64,000 nucleotides of DNA from Candidatus Latescibacterota bacterium (lineage in GTDB: Bacteria > Latescibacterota > UBA2968 > UBA8231), in contig OZ242005.1 of NCBI GenBank assembly GCA_965204725.1, forward strand, positions 2,240,001-2,304,000, read 5' to 3'. The notes under the pieces are model-generated. The model searched no databases and was not told the origin of the DNA. It saw only the letters and a program-made list of their open reading frames with translations. Shown piece after piece: positions 38,054 through 47,527 of this stretch. Position 1 is the stretch's first letter, and the number at the start of each line of letters is the position of its first letter. Position numbers and translations under genes: made by a program.

Positions 38054-40879
38054 ATGTCGAGCAAGGCAAGATACCTGTATGAAACGGAGCTTGGTGCGTC
38101 CCTTGTCCGCGAAGAAGAAGGTCCGTACTCGCTCAACTGGGAGGAAGCATTTCCTCAGTACGAAGAGATTGATTCCCTCAATGACCTCCAAAATGCGGAG
38201 CGCGTCGCAAATGCCTTTCAGACGATAGATTGGTCGTTTACGACCGACAACACGGGTTTCCTAACCCATGACCTGCATCCGTATCCCGCAAAATTCATTC
38301 CTCAGCTACCCGGCACCTGTATCGCTCAGCTATCGTTCCCCGGCGAGCTAGTGCTCGATCCATTTGGCGGCAGCGGTACTACCGCCTTAGAAGCCGTTCG
38401 CTTAGGGCGAAGGGCACTGAGCGTTGACGCCAATGCAGTGGGGGCTCTGATCGGGCGCGTAAAAACCAGCAACTTGGACCGCAAAGCCGCTATGGACCTC
38501 CACACCATTCGCAGTTCTCTGACCACTTATTTCTTCGATCTTCCCGATGCTAAATCCCTGTGTGCTGCAAATGCCGAATACATACCAGATATACCCAATA
38601 TCGATAAGTGGTTCCCGATCACTGCACGGGGCGAACTGGCTTTAATCAGGTCGCGCATTGCGAGGATTGCCCGCGAGAAGGCCCGCGACGTGGCCTTGCT
38701 TGCCCTTTCGCGTATTGTTCTAGCGGCCTCGTTCCAAGACTCTGAGACTCGCTATACGAGCAAGCCGCGTGATATACCGCAAGGCGAGGTCTTAAAGCGG
38801 TTCCTCGGCGCCCTCGATAGGATCATTCGCAATATAGTTAGGACGCAGGCCGTGCTGCGGTACGGTGTCTGCACCTTCACAACGGCCGATGCGCGCAAGT
38901 TGGGACATGGGGTATGCGGGCCTGAGACCATCGACCTGATTGTCACGTCTCCACCCTACGGAAACGCGACAGACTACCACCTTTATCATCGCTTTCGGCT
39001 GCTGTGGTTGGGATACAATCCGCGCGAACTCGCAAAGATCGAAATTGGCTCTCACCTTCGCCATCAGAAGGAGGCCTCCGGGTTTGCTGAGTACCGCGCG
39101 GAGATGCAACAAAGCTTGTCCGGGATGCACCGTCTCTTGAAGCCTGGCAGGTATGCCGTGCTCATCGTAGGGGACGCGATCTATAAGAAAGTCCTTTATC
39201 CAGCGGCCGAGGCTCTGAGCGACTCAGCAGAAAAAATTGGCTTTGAAAGCGTTTGTATCGCAGAGCGAGCAATCCATTCGTCAAAGCGCTCCTTCACGGC
39301 GGCTGGGAGAAGAGCCACTACGGAGAAACTTCTCGTCATCCGCAAGCCCCCTAAGAAGGTATCCCTATGGTTGGCGTCTCCCCCGTACAAATTGTGGCCC
39401 TACGAAGACGCGCTGAGAAAACGCGAAATTGAGTCCGTAGTAGGCGTTCCAATAACCCAAGGCCCCAGCCTAGCGTTGGACCCCTATTCCGCGACGAAGA
39501 CTCGCCAACTCGTATTTACTCACGGATTTGGACTGACGGCGTTTGACAGCGAGCCTACGTGGCAAGCTATCCTCGAAAACGGCTTCGCCCGACAATCTTC
39601 GGCCCGCAAAGACCCCAAGTACGTCACGCATGGCCTACACCCCTACAAGGGGAAGTTCTATCCGCAACTTGCCAAGGGGTTGATGAATGTTTGTGCTCTC
39701 CGGGCGGGTGCCACCGTATTCGACCCATTCTGCGGGAGCGGTACAACGCTCTTGGAAGGCTATCTGAATGGGCAATGGACGCTTGGTTGCGACATCAATC
39801 CGCTCGCGGCCCAGATCGCCAGAGCAAAGACGGGTATTCTCGAAGTAAATCCCGACATCGTGCGAGAAACACTCGGCGTCCTAGTCGGTATGATTGAGGA
39901 TGCTCCAGCCCAGCCAGCAGAAGGGGGGGATCAGTTTGACCCAAGTTGTCTGAACGAGATTTACAGGTGGTTTTCCACTCCAATTATCTCAAAGCTAAAT
40001 TGGCTTCTCGGTGCGATCCGATCTGTTAGCGAAGGTGTCGTGCGGGATTTTCTACAAGTGGTTTTGAGCAGCATCATCCGCGAGGTTTCACAGCAAGCCC
40101 CCAACGACTTGAGGATCCGGCGCAGGAAGGAGCCTATCGCGGACGCCGATGTGTTCAAAATGTACCTTGAGGCCCTCGATTCTCAATACACGCGCATTGA
40201 GAAATTCTGGGCCGTGCGCGGCTATTGTCCGCATCGGTTCCGTCCTAGCAGGGTTGTCGAAGGGGACGCCCGCACTCAAAAGACCTTCGAGGCCCTCGGT
40301 CTTACAGAAAACAGCGTGGATCTTGTACTTACAAGTCCACCGTATGCTACGGCCCTTCCATATATTGATACGGATAGGCTATCGCTCCTCATACTATTCG
40401 GAATGGACTCGTCGGCTCGGCGGCCCATTGAACAGGGCCTTATTGGCAGCCGTGAGATCGCGACTAAAGAGCGACGCCGATTGGAGCAGGCCATAACGGC
40501 CAGCGAGGGCGTCTTACCCAAAACCACTCATAACTATCTTCAGGATCTACACGCCCGGATCGCCCAAGCAGATGTTGGTTTCCGACGCAAGAATATGCCC
40601 GCTTTGTTGCAGCGGTTCTTTCAGGACATGGCATTGGTACTGAAGAATTGCCGTCGCGTTCTCCGCCCAAGCGGTGAAGCGATGATCGTCATTGGCGACA
40701 ACCGCATGCGCGTGGACGGTGCATACGAACGAATTCCCACGACGGACTTTGTTCAGGACATCGCAATACACTGCGGAATGGAGCTAATCGAGCGGATCGA
40801 TATCTCCGTGACAACAGAAAACTTAGTTCACATAAAAAACGCAATCACTGAAAATGTAGTATTGCGCCTAAAGGCTTAA
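38054..40879 (+). CDS. Double-domain amino (probably N4-cytosine) DNA methyltransferase
   Basis: Two complete motif sets: THDLHPYPAKF..DPFGGSGTT..TSPPY and THGLHPYKGKF..DPFCGSGTT..TSPPY. Confidence 0.88.
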   Translation: MSSKARYLYETELGASLVREEEGPYSLNWEEAFPQYEEIDSLNDLQNAERVANAFQTIDWSFTTDNTGFLTHDLHPYPAKFIPQLPGTCIAQLSFPGELVLDPFGGSGTTALEAVRLGRRALSVDANAVGALIGRVKTSNLDRKAAMDLHTIRSSLTTYFFDLPDAKSLCAANAEYIPDIPNIDKWFPITARGELALIRSRIARIAREKARDVALLALSRIVLAASFQDSETRYTSKPRDIPQGEVLKRFLGALDRIIRNIVRTQAVLRYGVCTFTTADARKLGHGVCGPETIDLIVTSPPYGNATDYHLYHRFRLLWLGYNPRELAKIEIGSHLRHQKEASGFAEYRAEMQQSLSGMHRLLKPGRYAVLIVGDAIYKKVLYPAAEALSDSAEKIGFESVCIAERAIHSSKRSFTAAGRRATTEKLLVIRKPPKKVSLWLASPPYKLWPYEDALRKREIESVVGVPITQGPSLALDPYSATKTRQLVFTHGFGLTAFDSEPTWQAILENGFARQSSARKDPKYVTHGLHPYKGKFYPQLAKGLMNVCALRAGATVFDPFCGSGTTLLEGYLNGQWTLGCDINPLAAQIARAKTGILEVNPDIVRETLGVLVGMIEDAPAQPAEGGDQFDPSCLNEIYRWFSTPIISKLNWLLGAIRSVSEGVVRDFLQVVLSSIIREVSQQAPNDLRIRRRKEPIADADVFKMYLEALDSQYTRIEKFWAVRGYCPHRFRPSRVVEGDARTQKTFEALGLTENSVDLVLTSPPYATALPYIDTDRLSLLILFGMDSSARRPIEQGLIGSREIATKERRRLEQAITASEGVLPKTTHNYLQDLHARIAQADVGFRRKNMPALLQRFFQDMALVLKNCRRVLRPSGEAMIVIGDNRMRVDGAYERIPTTDFVQDIAIHCGMELIERIDISVTTENLVHIKNAITENVVLRLKA

Positions 40880-40885
40880 ACCCGT

Positions 40886-41155
40886 TCAGGCATAGCCAAA
40901 GCACCTTGTACTGCTGCGGACGGGCTGCGTACACGCCTTGATCCAGTCTCTATATTCTGACGTCTGCTGACGTGCCAGTACACATTCGTACTCCGCATCA
41001 GGTTCGGCGATTTGCCGTTTTACGCGCATAACGGCTTGAACGCTCACAAAGGCTGAAACAAAAACAATGCTCGACGCCGGAGGATGGGCGTCGAGCATAT
41101 TCGACAGCGCGGTTCCCAACTGGTTATCCGGTTGGGCTATGTAGTCGATGCGCAA
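40886..41155 (-). pseudogene. Internally deleted PLD-family restriction endonuclease remnant
   Basis: N-terminus QP...LG..L....FVSAFV is typical of PLD nucleases; it is joined directly to a C-terminal-like segment, with no HxK motif; convergent with the MTase. Confidence 0.55.
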
Positions 41156-41180
41156 GATGTGCTCCGCTTCCCTCGCGCCG

Positions 41181-41801
41181 CTAAAAAGACAGCTTCAACC
41201 GCAGGGCAGGGACGGCCGCTTCGCGCCCGGGCAAAGCACCGAGCTCTACGTTGGTGGCCAGCTTGTTGATCGATTGGACTTGGTCGCGCAGGTGGGCCAA
41301 GGACGCAATTTTGACCCACGCCGACAGGGGCATCCAACCGGCTGCTGTCTCCGCGCCGGTCAAAAGGGCCGTTCCCACAGCCGTCACCGTAAAGCCCATG
41401 AGCGCGAGCCCCTGTTTGTGCTCCCCAATGTAGAAATAGCCTGCGCCCGGCACAGGTAGCTCTAGCAGAAAGGCCACCAGCCCGGACTTTGGCCGTTGGT
41501 ACGCGGCGTGACGCGCCTGAATCCGCTGCGGCCCCAGCGTGCGCAACGAGCGAATCTCGGCCAGCGAGTATGCGGCCTCCCGCTCCTGCAAGGCACCAAC
41601 GACCTCGACGACCGCCACCGAATCCGCCTCGAGCTCCTCCACGCGCAACGAGCGCACTCGGCCATCGGTAAACGTGGCTTCGCCCCACGCCGCTTCGGCC
41701 TGCATTGTTTGCAGCAGGTGCCGCACCTGTTCGGCCTCCATGGCCGCCTCAGCCCCGCGCACCACCAGCAGGATCGCCGGCAACCAAATCCATAGTCGCA
41801 T
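41181..41801 (-). CDS. Hypothetical exported protein with TM2-like segment
   Basis: Signal peptide ending AEA; KSGLVAFLL..PGAGYFYIG. Confidence 0.6.
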   Translation of the reverse strand: MRLWIWLPAILLVVRGAEAAMEAEQVRHLLQTMQAEAAWGEATFTDGRVRSLRVEELEADSVAVVEVVGALQEREAAYSLAEIRSLRTLGPQRIQARHAAYQRPKSGLVAFLLELPVPGAGYFYIGEHKQGLALMGFTVTAVGTALLTGAETAAGWMPLSAWVKIASLAHLRDQVQSINKLATNVELGALPGREAAVPALRLKLSF

Positions 41802-41929
41802 GTTCCACCTCATTGTGAATGTCGATTTTGCTTCTCAATCTACCCGCCGCCTCTTCCTCTTGTCAAGCCGCCACGCCCCCCGCAGTCCGTTGCTCGCCCA
41901 AGCGTCAACCCCTATCTTCAAACCCTCTC

Positions 41930-42715
41930 ATGCAAGCCCAACTCCAACAAGCCATAGCAGCCACGCGCGAGGCCGGGGCACTGACCTTGCAGTACTTCGG
42001 CGGGTCGCTCGAAGTCGCGTACAAAGACCGGGGCGATCCGCTGACGGCGGCTGACCTCCAAGCCGACGCGTACCTCAAGCAAGCCCTGCGCGACCTGCGC
42101 CCAGACTGCGGCTGGCTCTCCGAAGAGACGGTCGATGACCGCCAACGCCTCACAAAGGAAGCCGTGTGGATCGTCGATCCAATCGACGGCACGCGCGAGT
42201 TTGTCGAAGGCATTCCCGAATACGTGGTCGCCGTGGCCCTAGTCGAAGGCGGTGTGCCGACCCTAGCGGTTATCTACAACCCCGCGCAAGAGGAAGTCTT
42301 TGCCGCCGTATCGGGCAGCGGCACCTTCCGCAACGGGCAGCGCGTGTTTTGCAGCGAGGTCCAATCCCTCAGCCAAGCTGTGGTCGTCGTCAGCCGCAGC
42401 GAGACCAAACGGGGCGAGATTGACCCCTTTCGCCCACACCTCGGCGCAATCCGCCCGGTTGGCAGCGTCGCATACAAGCTGGCCTTAGTCGCGGCCGGGG
42501 CCTGCGACCTCAACTTTAGCGTTCAAGACAAAAATGAGTGGGACGTTTGCGCGGGCGACCTGCTGGTGCGCGAGGCGGGCGGCCTCATGCACACGCGCGA
42601 TCGCCAAGTGCGGACCTACAACCAAGCAGACCCCCTCATCCGCAACGGCCTCGCGGCCGGCAACGCGCTGTTGGTATCGCACATTCTTAGGCTAATGCAC
42701 GAGCAAAAGCCATGA
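41930..42715 (+). CDS. cysQ: 3'(2'),5'-bisphosphate nucleotidase / inositol monophosphatase family
   Basis: TAAD, LSEE, WIVDPIDGTREF, EWDVCAG. Confidence 0.85.
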   Translation: MQAQLQQAIAATREAGALTLQYFGGSLEVAYKDRGDPLTAADLQADAYLKQALRDLRPDCGWLSEETVDDRQRLTKEAVWIVDPIDGTREFVEGIPEYVVAVALVEGGVPTLAVIYNPAQEEVFAAVSGSGTFRNGQRVFCSEVQSLSQAVVVVSRSETKRGEIDPFRPHLGAIRPVGSVAYKLALVAAGACDLNFSVQDKNEWDVCAGDLLVREAGGLMHTRDRQVRTYNQADPLIRNGLAAGNALLVSHILRLMHEQKP

Positions 42716-44412
42716 CAACGGCCCGGATCGCAGCGGATTTTGTCGAAGAGTACGCCACCCTCCTAGAGCTCAGTGGGGCTTCTCCCTTCCGGGTCCGCGC
42801 CTACGCAAACGCCGTGCGCGCCCTCAAAACCCTACCGGCTCCGCTTGACGAGCTCCTCGCGGCCGGGACCCTGACCGAGGTCAAAGGCATCGGCGACAGC
42901 GTGGCTGAACTCGTCGCCGAGTTCGCCGACACCGGCACCGCCCAAGCCTACGAAAAGCTGCGGGCCGCAACGCCCGAGGGGCTGCTCGACATGCTGCGGG
43001 TCCCGAACTTGGGGCCGCGCAAGATCAACGCCATCCGCCAAGCCCTCGGCATTGAAACCCTCAACGCGCTCGAACAAGCCGGCCGCGCCGGCCAACTCGC
43101 CGCCCTCAAGGGCTTTGGCGCCAAGACCCAAGCAAGCATTCTCAAGGGAATCGAGTACATCCGCGCCCACGAGGGGCACTGCCGAGTTGATACCGCGCAC
43201 CAAAGCACTCAAAGCCTGCTCGCCGCCCTGCGCCCCCACGCCCAGCAACTCGCCGTTGCCGGACCGCTGCGCCGAGCGCGGGAGACGGTCCAACAGCTCG
43301 ACTTCGTAATCAGCACCTCCGACGCAGAGGCTGCGACTGCGGCCTTTGCCGCCCACCCAGAGGTCGCCGAAGTCCTCGCGCCGAGCGCCGGTAGGCTGTC
43401 CAGCGGGCTGCGAGCCAACTTGCACGTAGTCCCCAGCGACGCCTTCCCGGCCGCCCTCCACTACTACACAGGCAGCGAGGAACACCGCGCCGCCCTGTGT
43501 GCCAAGGCCGCCGAGCGCGGACTAGTCCTCGATGAACGCGGCCTCTGGCGCGGCGATGAGCGCGTCGAGTGCGCGGATGAAGCGGCCTTGTTTGCCGCCT
43601 TGGGCCTCGCTTACATCCCGCCGGAGTTGCGCGAGAACCGAGGCGAAGTTGAGGCGGCTGCCGCCGATGCACTGCCCGCGCTGGTAACGGCCGCCGACAT
43701 TCGCGGCCTGCTCCACCTGCATTCGACGTATTCGGATGGGGCCGACAGCCTAGAGGCCATGGCCAGCGCCGTGCGGGACCGCGGCTTTGATTACATGGGC
43801 ATTGCCGACCACAGCCAGACCGCGGCCTACGCCGGGGGGCTTAGCGTTACAGAAGTCCAGCGTCAGTGGGAGGAGATCGACCGGCTCAACGAGGCGTTGG
43901 CGCCCTTCCGCATCTTCAAGGGCATTGAGTCGGATATCCGCGGCGACGGCTCGCTCGACTACGACGACGACCTGCTGGCCCAATTCGACTTCGTGGTCGT
44001 CTCAGTCCATTCGCAGTTCAACCTGAGCCGCGACGCCATGACCGCCCGCATCGTCCGCGCCATCGAGCACCCGGCGGCCACCATCGTCGGCCATCCAACC
44101 GGGCGGTTGCTCCTCGACCGCGCAGGCTACGCCATCGAGGTCGAACCCATCATCGAAGCCGCCGCCCGCTGTGGAGTCGCCCTCGAAATCAACGCGCATC
44201 CAGCGCGGCTCGACCTCGACTGGCGGCACGTCAAAAAGGCGCGCGACCGCGGCGTCCAAATCGCCGTCAACACCGACGCCCACAGCGTCGCCAGCCTAGA
44301 CCACCTCGGCTACGGCATCGGCATCGCCCGCAAGGGCTGGCTCCGCGCCCCCGACATCCTCAACGCACTCAGCCGCGAAGCCATTGCCGTTTGGTTCCAA
44401 AGCGAAACATGA
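42712..44412 (+). CDS. polX: PolX with PHP domain and non-canonical polymerase site
   Basis: FRVRAY, HhH motifs, YYTGS, IPPELRE, HLHSTYSDG, NTDAH. Confidence 0.92.
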   Translation: MTTARIAADFVEEYATLLELSGASPFRVRAYANAVRALKTLPAPLDELLAAGTLTEVKGIGDSVAELVAEFADTGTAQAYEKLRAATPEGLLDMLRVPNLGPRKINAIRQALGIETLNALEQAGRAGQLAALKGFGAKTQASILKGIEYIRAHEGHCRVDTAHQSTQSLLAALRPHAQQLAVAGPLRRARETVQQLDFVISTSDAEAATAAFAAHPEVAEVLAPSAGRLSSGLRANLHVVPSDAFPAALHYYTGSEEHRAALCAKAAERGLVLDERGLWRGDERVECADEAALFAALGLAYIPPELRENRGEVEAAAADALPALVTAADIRGLLHLHSTYSDGADSLEAMASAVRDRGFDYMGIADHSQTAAYAGGLSVTEVQRQWEEIDRLNEALAPFRIFKGIESDIRGDGSLDYDDDLLAQFDFVVVSVHSQFNLSRDAMTARIVRAIEHPAATIVGHPTGRLLLDRAGYAIEVEPIIEAAARCGVALEINAHPARLDLDWRHVKKARDRGVQIAVNTDAHSVASLDHLGYGIGIARKGWLRAPDILNALSREAIAVWFQSET

Positions 44413-44476
44413 CCCAGAGCGGATCCATCGGTTGCTCAAGCGAAAAAATAAAGAAAAAGAGTCTTAAAAAGGCTTC

Positions 44477-45364
44477 TTAGGGAGACTGCCCGTGGCGCGC
44501 TTTGAGTTGACCCCAAGAGGTAGGTTGAACCGAGGTGTTGCCGATGAGAATTTGTTTGTAGGACACCGATTCTCCTGAAATAATCGCCGAAATAGGAATA
44601 AGTTTGTTCCAAAAGAAAGGGGAGAGTTCTCTAAAGACGTCGCCGAAGCCTGTTACTAGGCCATAATCTTCGATATAGTAAGAAGGCCCATACCCTGCTC
44701 TAAAGCTAATATAAATCAGATCAGGCATTTTCTTATGAAAATTAATTGGGAAGGGGAATTCGGGAAAAGAGATGGAAAAATCAATACCTCTTTCCTCCAG
44801 AATACGCCTACGATTAATAGACAGCTTGGTAAATATGCCTTCTCGAATTGGATATGCTGGAATTAAATATTCACTAGGACGCTGAGGGTTGAAGCCGTAT
44901 AACGGGACATCCTGCCCGTTCCAGCGAAATAGCAAGACGCCCTCGTCCGATAAGCGCACTTTCTGGCCGGCCCAAAAGAGCTTAGGTAGAGGCGGCCAGT
45001 CATAATCGGCCCGGCTAAAGACAAAATACTCCGAGCCCTCAATCATTTCTGTATGAGTGATCTCAATGGTTAGCTCTCTATGATAGATCACGAGGAGGAA
45101 ATCGGGCGGGCTCTCAGGACTGTCGGATGGATAACCGGGTATCTCAAATAGCATTCGGACTTCCGGGTTCCAATAATCCCTCAACGACTCCCAATCCCTC
45201 ATCTGGTAATAGGTGTTAAAATAATAGTGCTCATAAGTCCACTGATTACCAACCTCCAACGGGACGAAGTCGGTTGGGGTTATCTCGCTCTCGGCAGTTT
45301 GGGCTTGCGCCGACGGCACCATCAGAGCGCACAGGATAAGCAGCATGAAGACGCGAAAAAGCAT
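44477..45364 (-). CDS. Secreted hypothetical protein, paralogue A
   Basis: GGAGG RBS, signal peptide, PTDFVPLEVGNQWTY, C-terminal TSVQPTSWGQLK. Confidence 0.75.
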   Translation of the reverse strand: MLFRVFMLLILCALMVPSAQAQTAESEITPTDFVPLEVGNQWTYEHYYFNTYYQMRDWESLRDYWNPEVRMLFEIPGYPSDSPESPPDFLLVIYHRELTIEITHTEMIEGSEYFVFSRADYDWPPLPKLFWAGQKVRLSDEGVLLFRWNGQDVPLYGFNPQRPSEYLIPAYPIREGIFTKLSINRRRILEERGIDFSISFPEFPFPINFHKKMPDLIYISFRAGYGPSYYIEDYGLVTGFGDVFRELSPFFWNKLIPISAIISGESVSYKQILIGNTSVQPTSWGQLKARHGQSP

Positions 45365-45481
45365 AATATCCTCCCTAAAGAGATTGTGTGCCGATGTCCT
45401 TTCCAATACCATAGATAAAGGAAAAGCGCGGCCAATGGTGGCATTCAGTCCCGTTCCTTAATTCAAAAGGAGTTTGGCCTT

Positions 45482-46408
45482 ATGGTAACTCAATTCCTCG
45501 TAGTCCCACTGGTGCTATGCACCCTGTTAGCCCCGTCCGCATACGCACAGGATGAAGCAGGCTTTAAGGGGAGCCCAACAGATTTTCTCCCGTTGCAGGT
45601 TGGTAATAAGTGGACCTATCGACATGATTACTATAACAGATTTTACGGTTTCTACGCCGACGGGTTCCCTTACGAATTCATTGATCCTGTGATCGAGCTA
45701 GGCCTGCGACTGACGATAGAGATACCAGGGTATCCTTTATTATTTCCCCCTCCAGATAATTTGATACTGCCACCTGAAAATCTCAGCACCATTTTCGATA
45801 GAGAGCTAACCCTTGAAATTACCCATACCGAGACGATTGAGGGCCATACATACTTTGTCTTTAGCAAACCAGAATACGATTGGCCACCTCTGCCCCCTTT
45901 CTTCTTGACCGGCCAGAAGGTGCGCTTCTCTGATGCAGGTGTTCTACTCATACGCCGGCAGAAAAAAGACATCCCCCTATATGACTTTGCTCCGCCTTAT
46001 ATCTACAAGGAGTATACCACGCCACCATACCCTGTGCTATACGACGACGACCCACACGACCCGTCCTTGCTACCACTTGCAATTCGTCGTGGCTTTCTAG
46101 ACGCAAGATTGAGAAGCAATTGGCCTATGTTTTATCCCCCTCCATTAAGCTTCGGTCCGGCATTCGTCGCTCGTCTTGCTGTACGGGTAGCGAGAAAGGA
46201 TCATTTCGTTTCTTTTCTAGCAAACTATGGGCTCGCCCGATACGAAGTATGGGAACCAGGGTTTGACCGGGTTCGAGTCTTTGAGAATTCTCTTGAGCCT
46301 GTTTCGGCGATTATTGATGGCAAAGAGATCGCCTACCCCTATAATTTTTCTGGGACCAGTGTTCAGCCTACTTCTTGGGGCCAACTCAAAGCGCGTCACG
46401 GGCAATAG
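45482..46408 (+). CDS. Secreted hypothetical protein, paralogue B
   Basis: AAGGAG RBS, signal peptide, PTDFLPLQVGNKWTY, identical C-terminal tail. Confidence 0.75.
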   Translation: MVTQFLVVPLVLCTLLAPSAYAQDEAGFKGSPTDFLPLQVGNKWTYRHDYYNRFYGFYADGFPYEFIDPVIELGLRLTIEIPGYPLLFPPPDNLILPPENLSTIFDRELTLEITHTETIEGHTYFVFSKPEYDWPPLPPFFLTGQKVRFSDAGVLLIRRQKKDIPLYDFAPPYIYKEYTTPPYPVLYDDDPHDPSLLPLAIRRGFLDARLRSNWPMFYPPPLSFGPAFVARLAVRVARKDHFVSFLANYGLARYEVWEPGFDRVRVFENSLEPVSAIIDGKEIAYPYNFSGTSVQPTSWGQLKARHGQ

Positions 46409-46704
46409 CCATAGGTGCTCGTCAGCAAGTAAATCGATTCGTGTTGACGATGCGGGCGTCGGCAACGGCCCTCGGGCATGGCATTTTTCTTTTGCCAAAT
46501 CACTTCGCCCCGCAACAAGTAGCCGGCATCGCAAAGAGAGATAATAAGACGGTATGGGAGTGCCAAAAGATTGCCATACTGAAGCCACGTTTTTTGTAAG
46601 CCCCAATGGGAGTAGGAACCACGCCGATGGAGGGATTACACGTATCGGATCGTTCCCTCAACCCTGTCTTTTTGAACTTATAGACGGTATGTTACGAGTC
46701 AAGA

Positions 46705-47325
46705 ATGCAGCCCCATGCCAAAGCTAAAGGGCCGCCCCGCCTCATCGGCTTGGCCGGACCATCCGGTGCCGGTAAAACCACGCTCGCTCGCGCACTCCAG
46801 ACCCACCTGCCCGGCCCGGCCACCGTGCTTTCCCTAGATGCGTACTACCGCGACTTGGCCGCCCTCTCCGCAGCCGCAAGGACCCGCGTCAATTTCGACG
46901 CCCCCGAGGCCATAGACCATTCGCGCCTCGCCGCTGATCTGCGCGAGCTCGCCACCGGCCACCGCGTCGAAATCCCGGTGTACGACTTTGCCACCCACAC
47001 GCGCCAAGCACACCAACAAAGCCTCACCCCGGCCGCCGTCCTGCTCGTCGAGGGCCTCTTTGCGCTCTATTGGCCCGCCATCAACGCCCTCTACCACTTG
47101 CGCCTCTTCGTCACGGCCACCGACGCGCTCTGCTTGGAGCGTCGCCTCGCCCGCGACCGCATTGAGCGCGGCCGTTCCCTCGCCTCAATTCGCGCCCAGT
47201 ACCAAGAGCAGGTCCGCCCAATGTACCACCGCCACATCCAGCCCACCGCCCGCTATGCCGACCTGATCCTCGACGGCAGCACACCCGTCGAAAAACAGGT
47301 CGCCGCCGTCCTAGACGCTTTGTAG
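46705..47325 (+). CDS. udk: Uridine kinase
   Basis: AGPSGAGKTT, LDAYY, NFDAP, PVYDF, RRLARD..ERGR. Confidence 0.88.
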   Translation: MQPHAKAKGPPRLIGLAGPSGAGKTTLARALQTHLPGPATVLSLDAYYRDLAALSAAARTRVNFDAPEAIDHSRLAADLRELATGHRVEIPVYDFATHTRQAHQQSLTPAAVLLVEGLFALYWPAINALYHLRLFVTATDALCLERRLARDRIERGRSLASIRAQYQEQVRPMYHRHIQPTARYADLILDGSTPVEKQVAAVLDAL

Positions 47326-47354
47326 GGGCAACTCTGGTGTTTCCGCTACGTCCG

Positions 47355-47401
47355 GGATCGAGGGCGTCCCGCCCTCGACGAGGGCAAGATGCCCTCGATC
47401 C
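47355..47401. repeat. REP-like double hairpin between convergent genes
   Basis: GGATCGAGGGC...GCCCTCG-A-CGAGGGC...GCCCTCGATCC. Confidence 0.6.
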
Positions 47402-47527
47402 TTAGAAAGTTGGCGGCTAGTGGCGTGTAGTAAAGCTACGGGTTAAGAGACAGCGAGCAGGTTGGCGGATTTACGATTGAATCGTAAATCTGTCAAAAAA
47501 AGCGGCTGATTTGTCAGATGGCGTTCC

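Noticed and set aside
46561-46576. Possible minus-strand sigma54 site TGGCAATCTTTTGGCA
   Set aside because: Weak match, no conserved leader, and it points antisense into the upstream gene.
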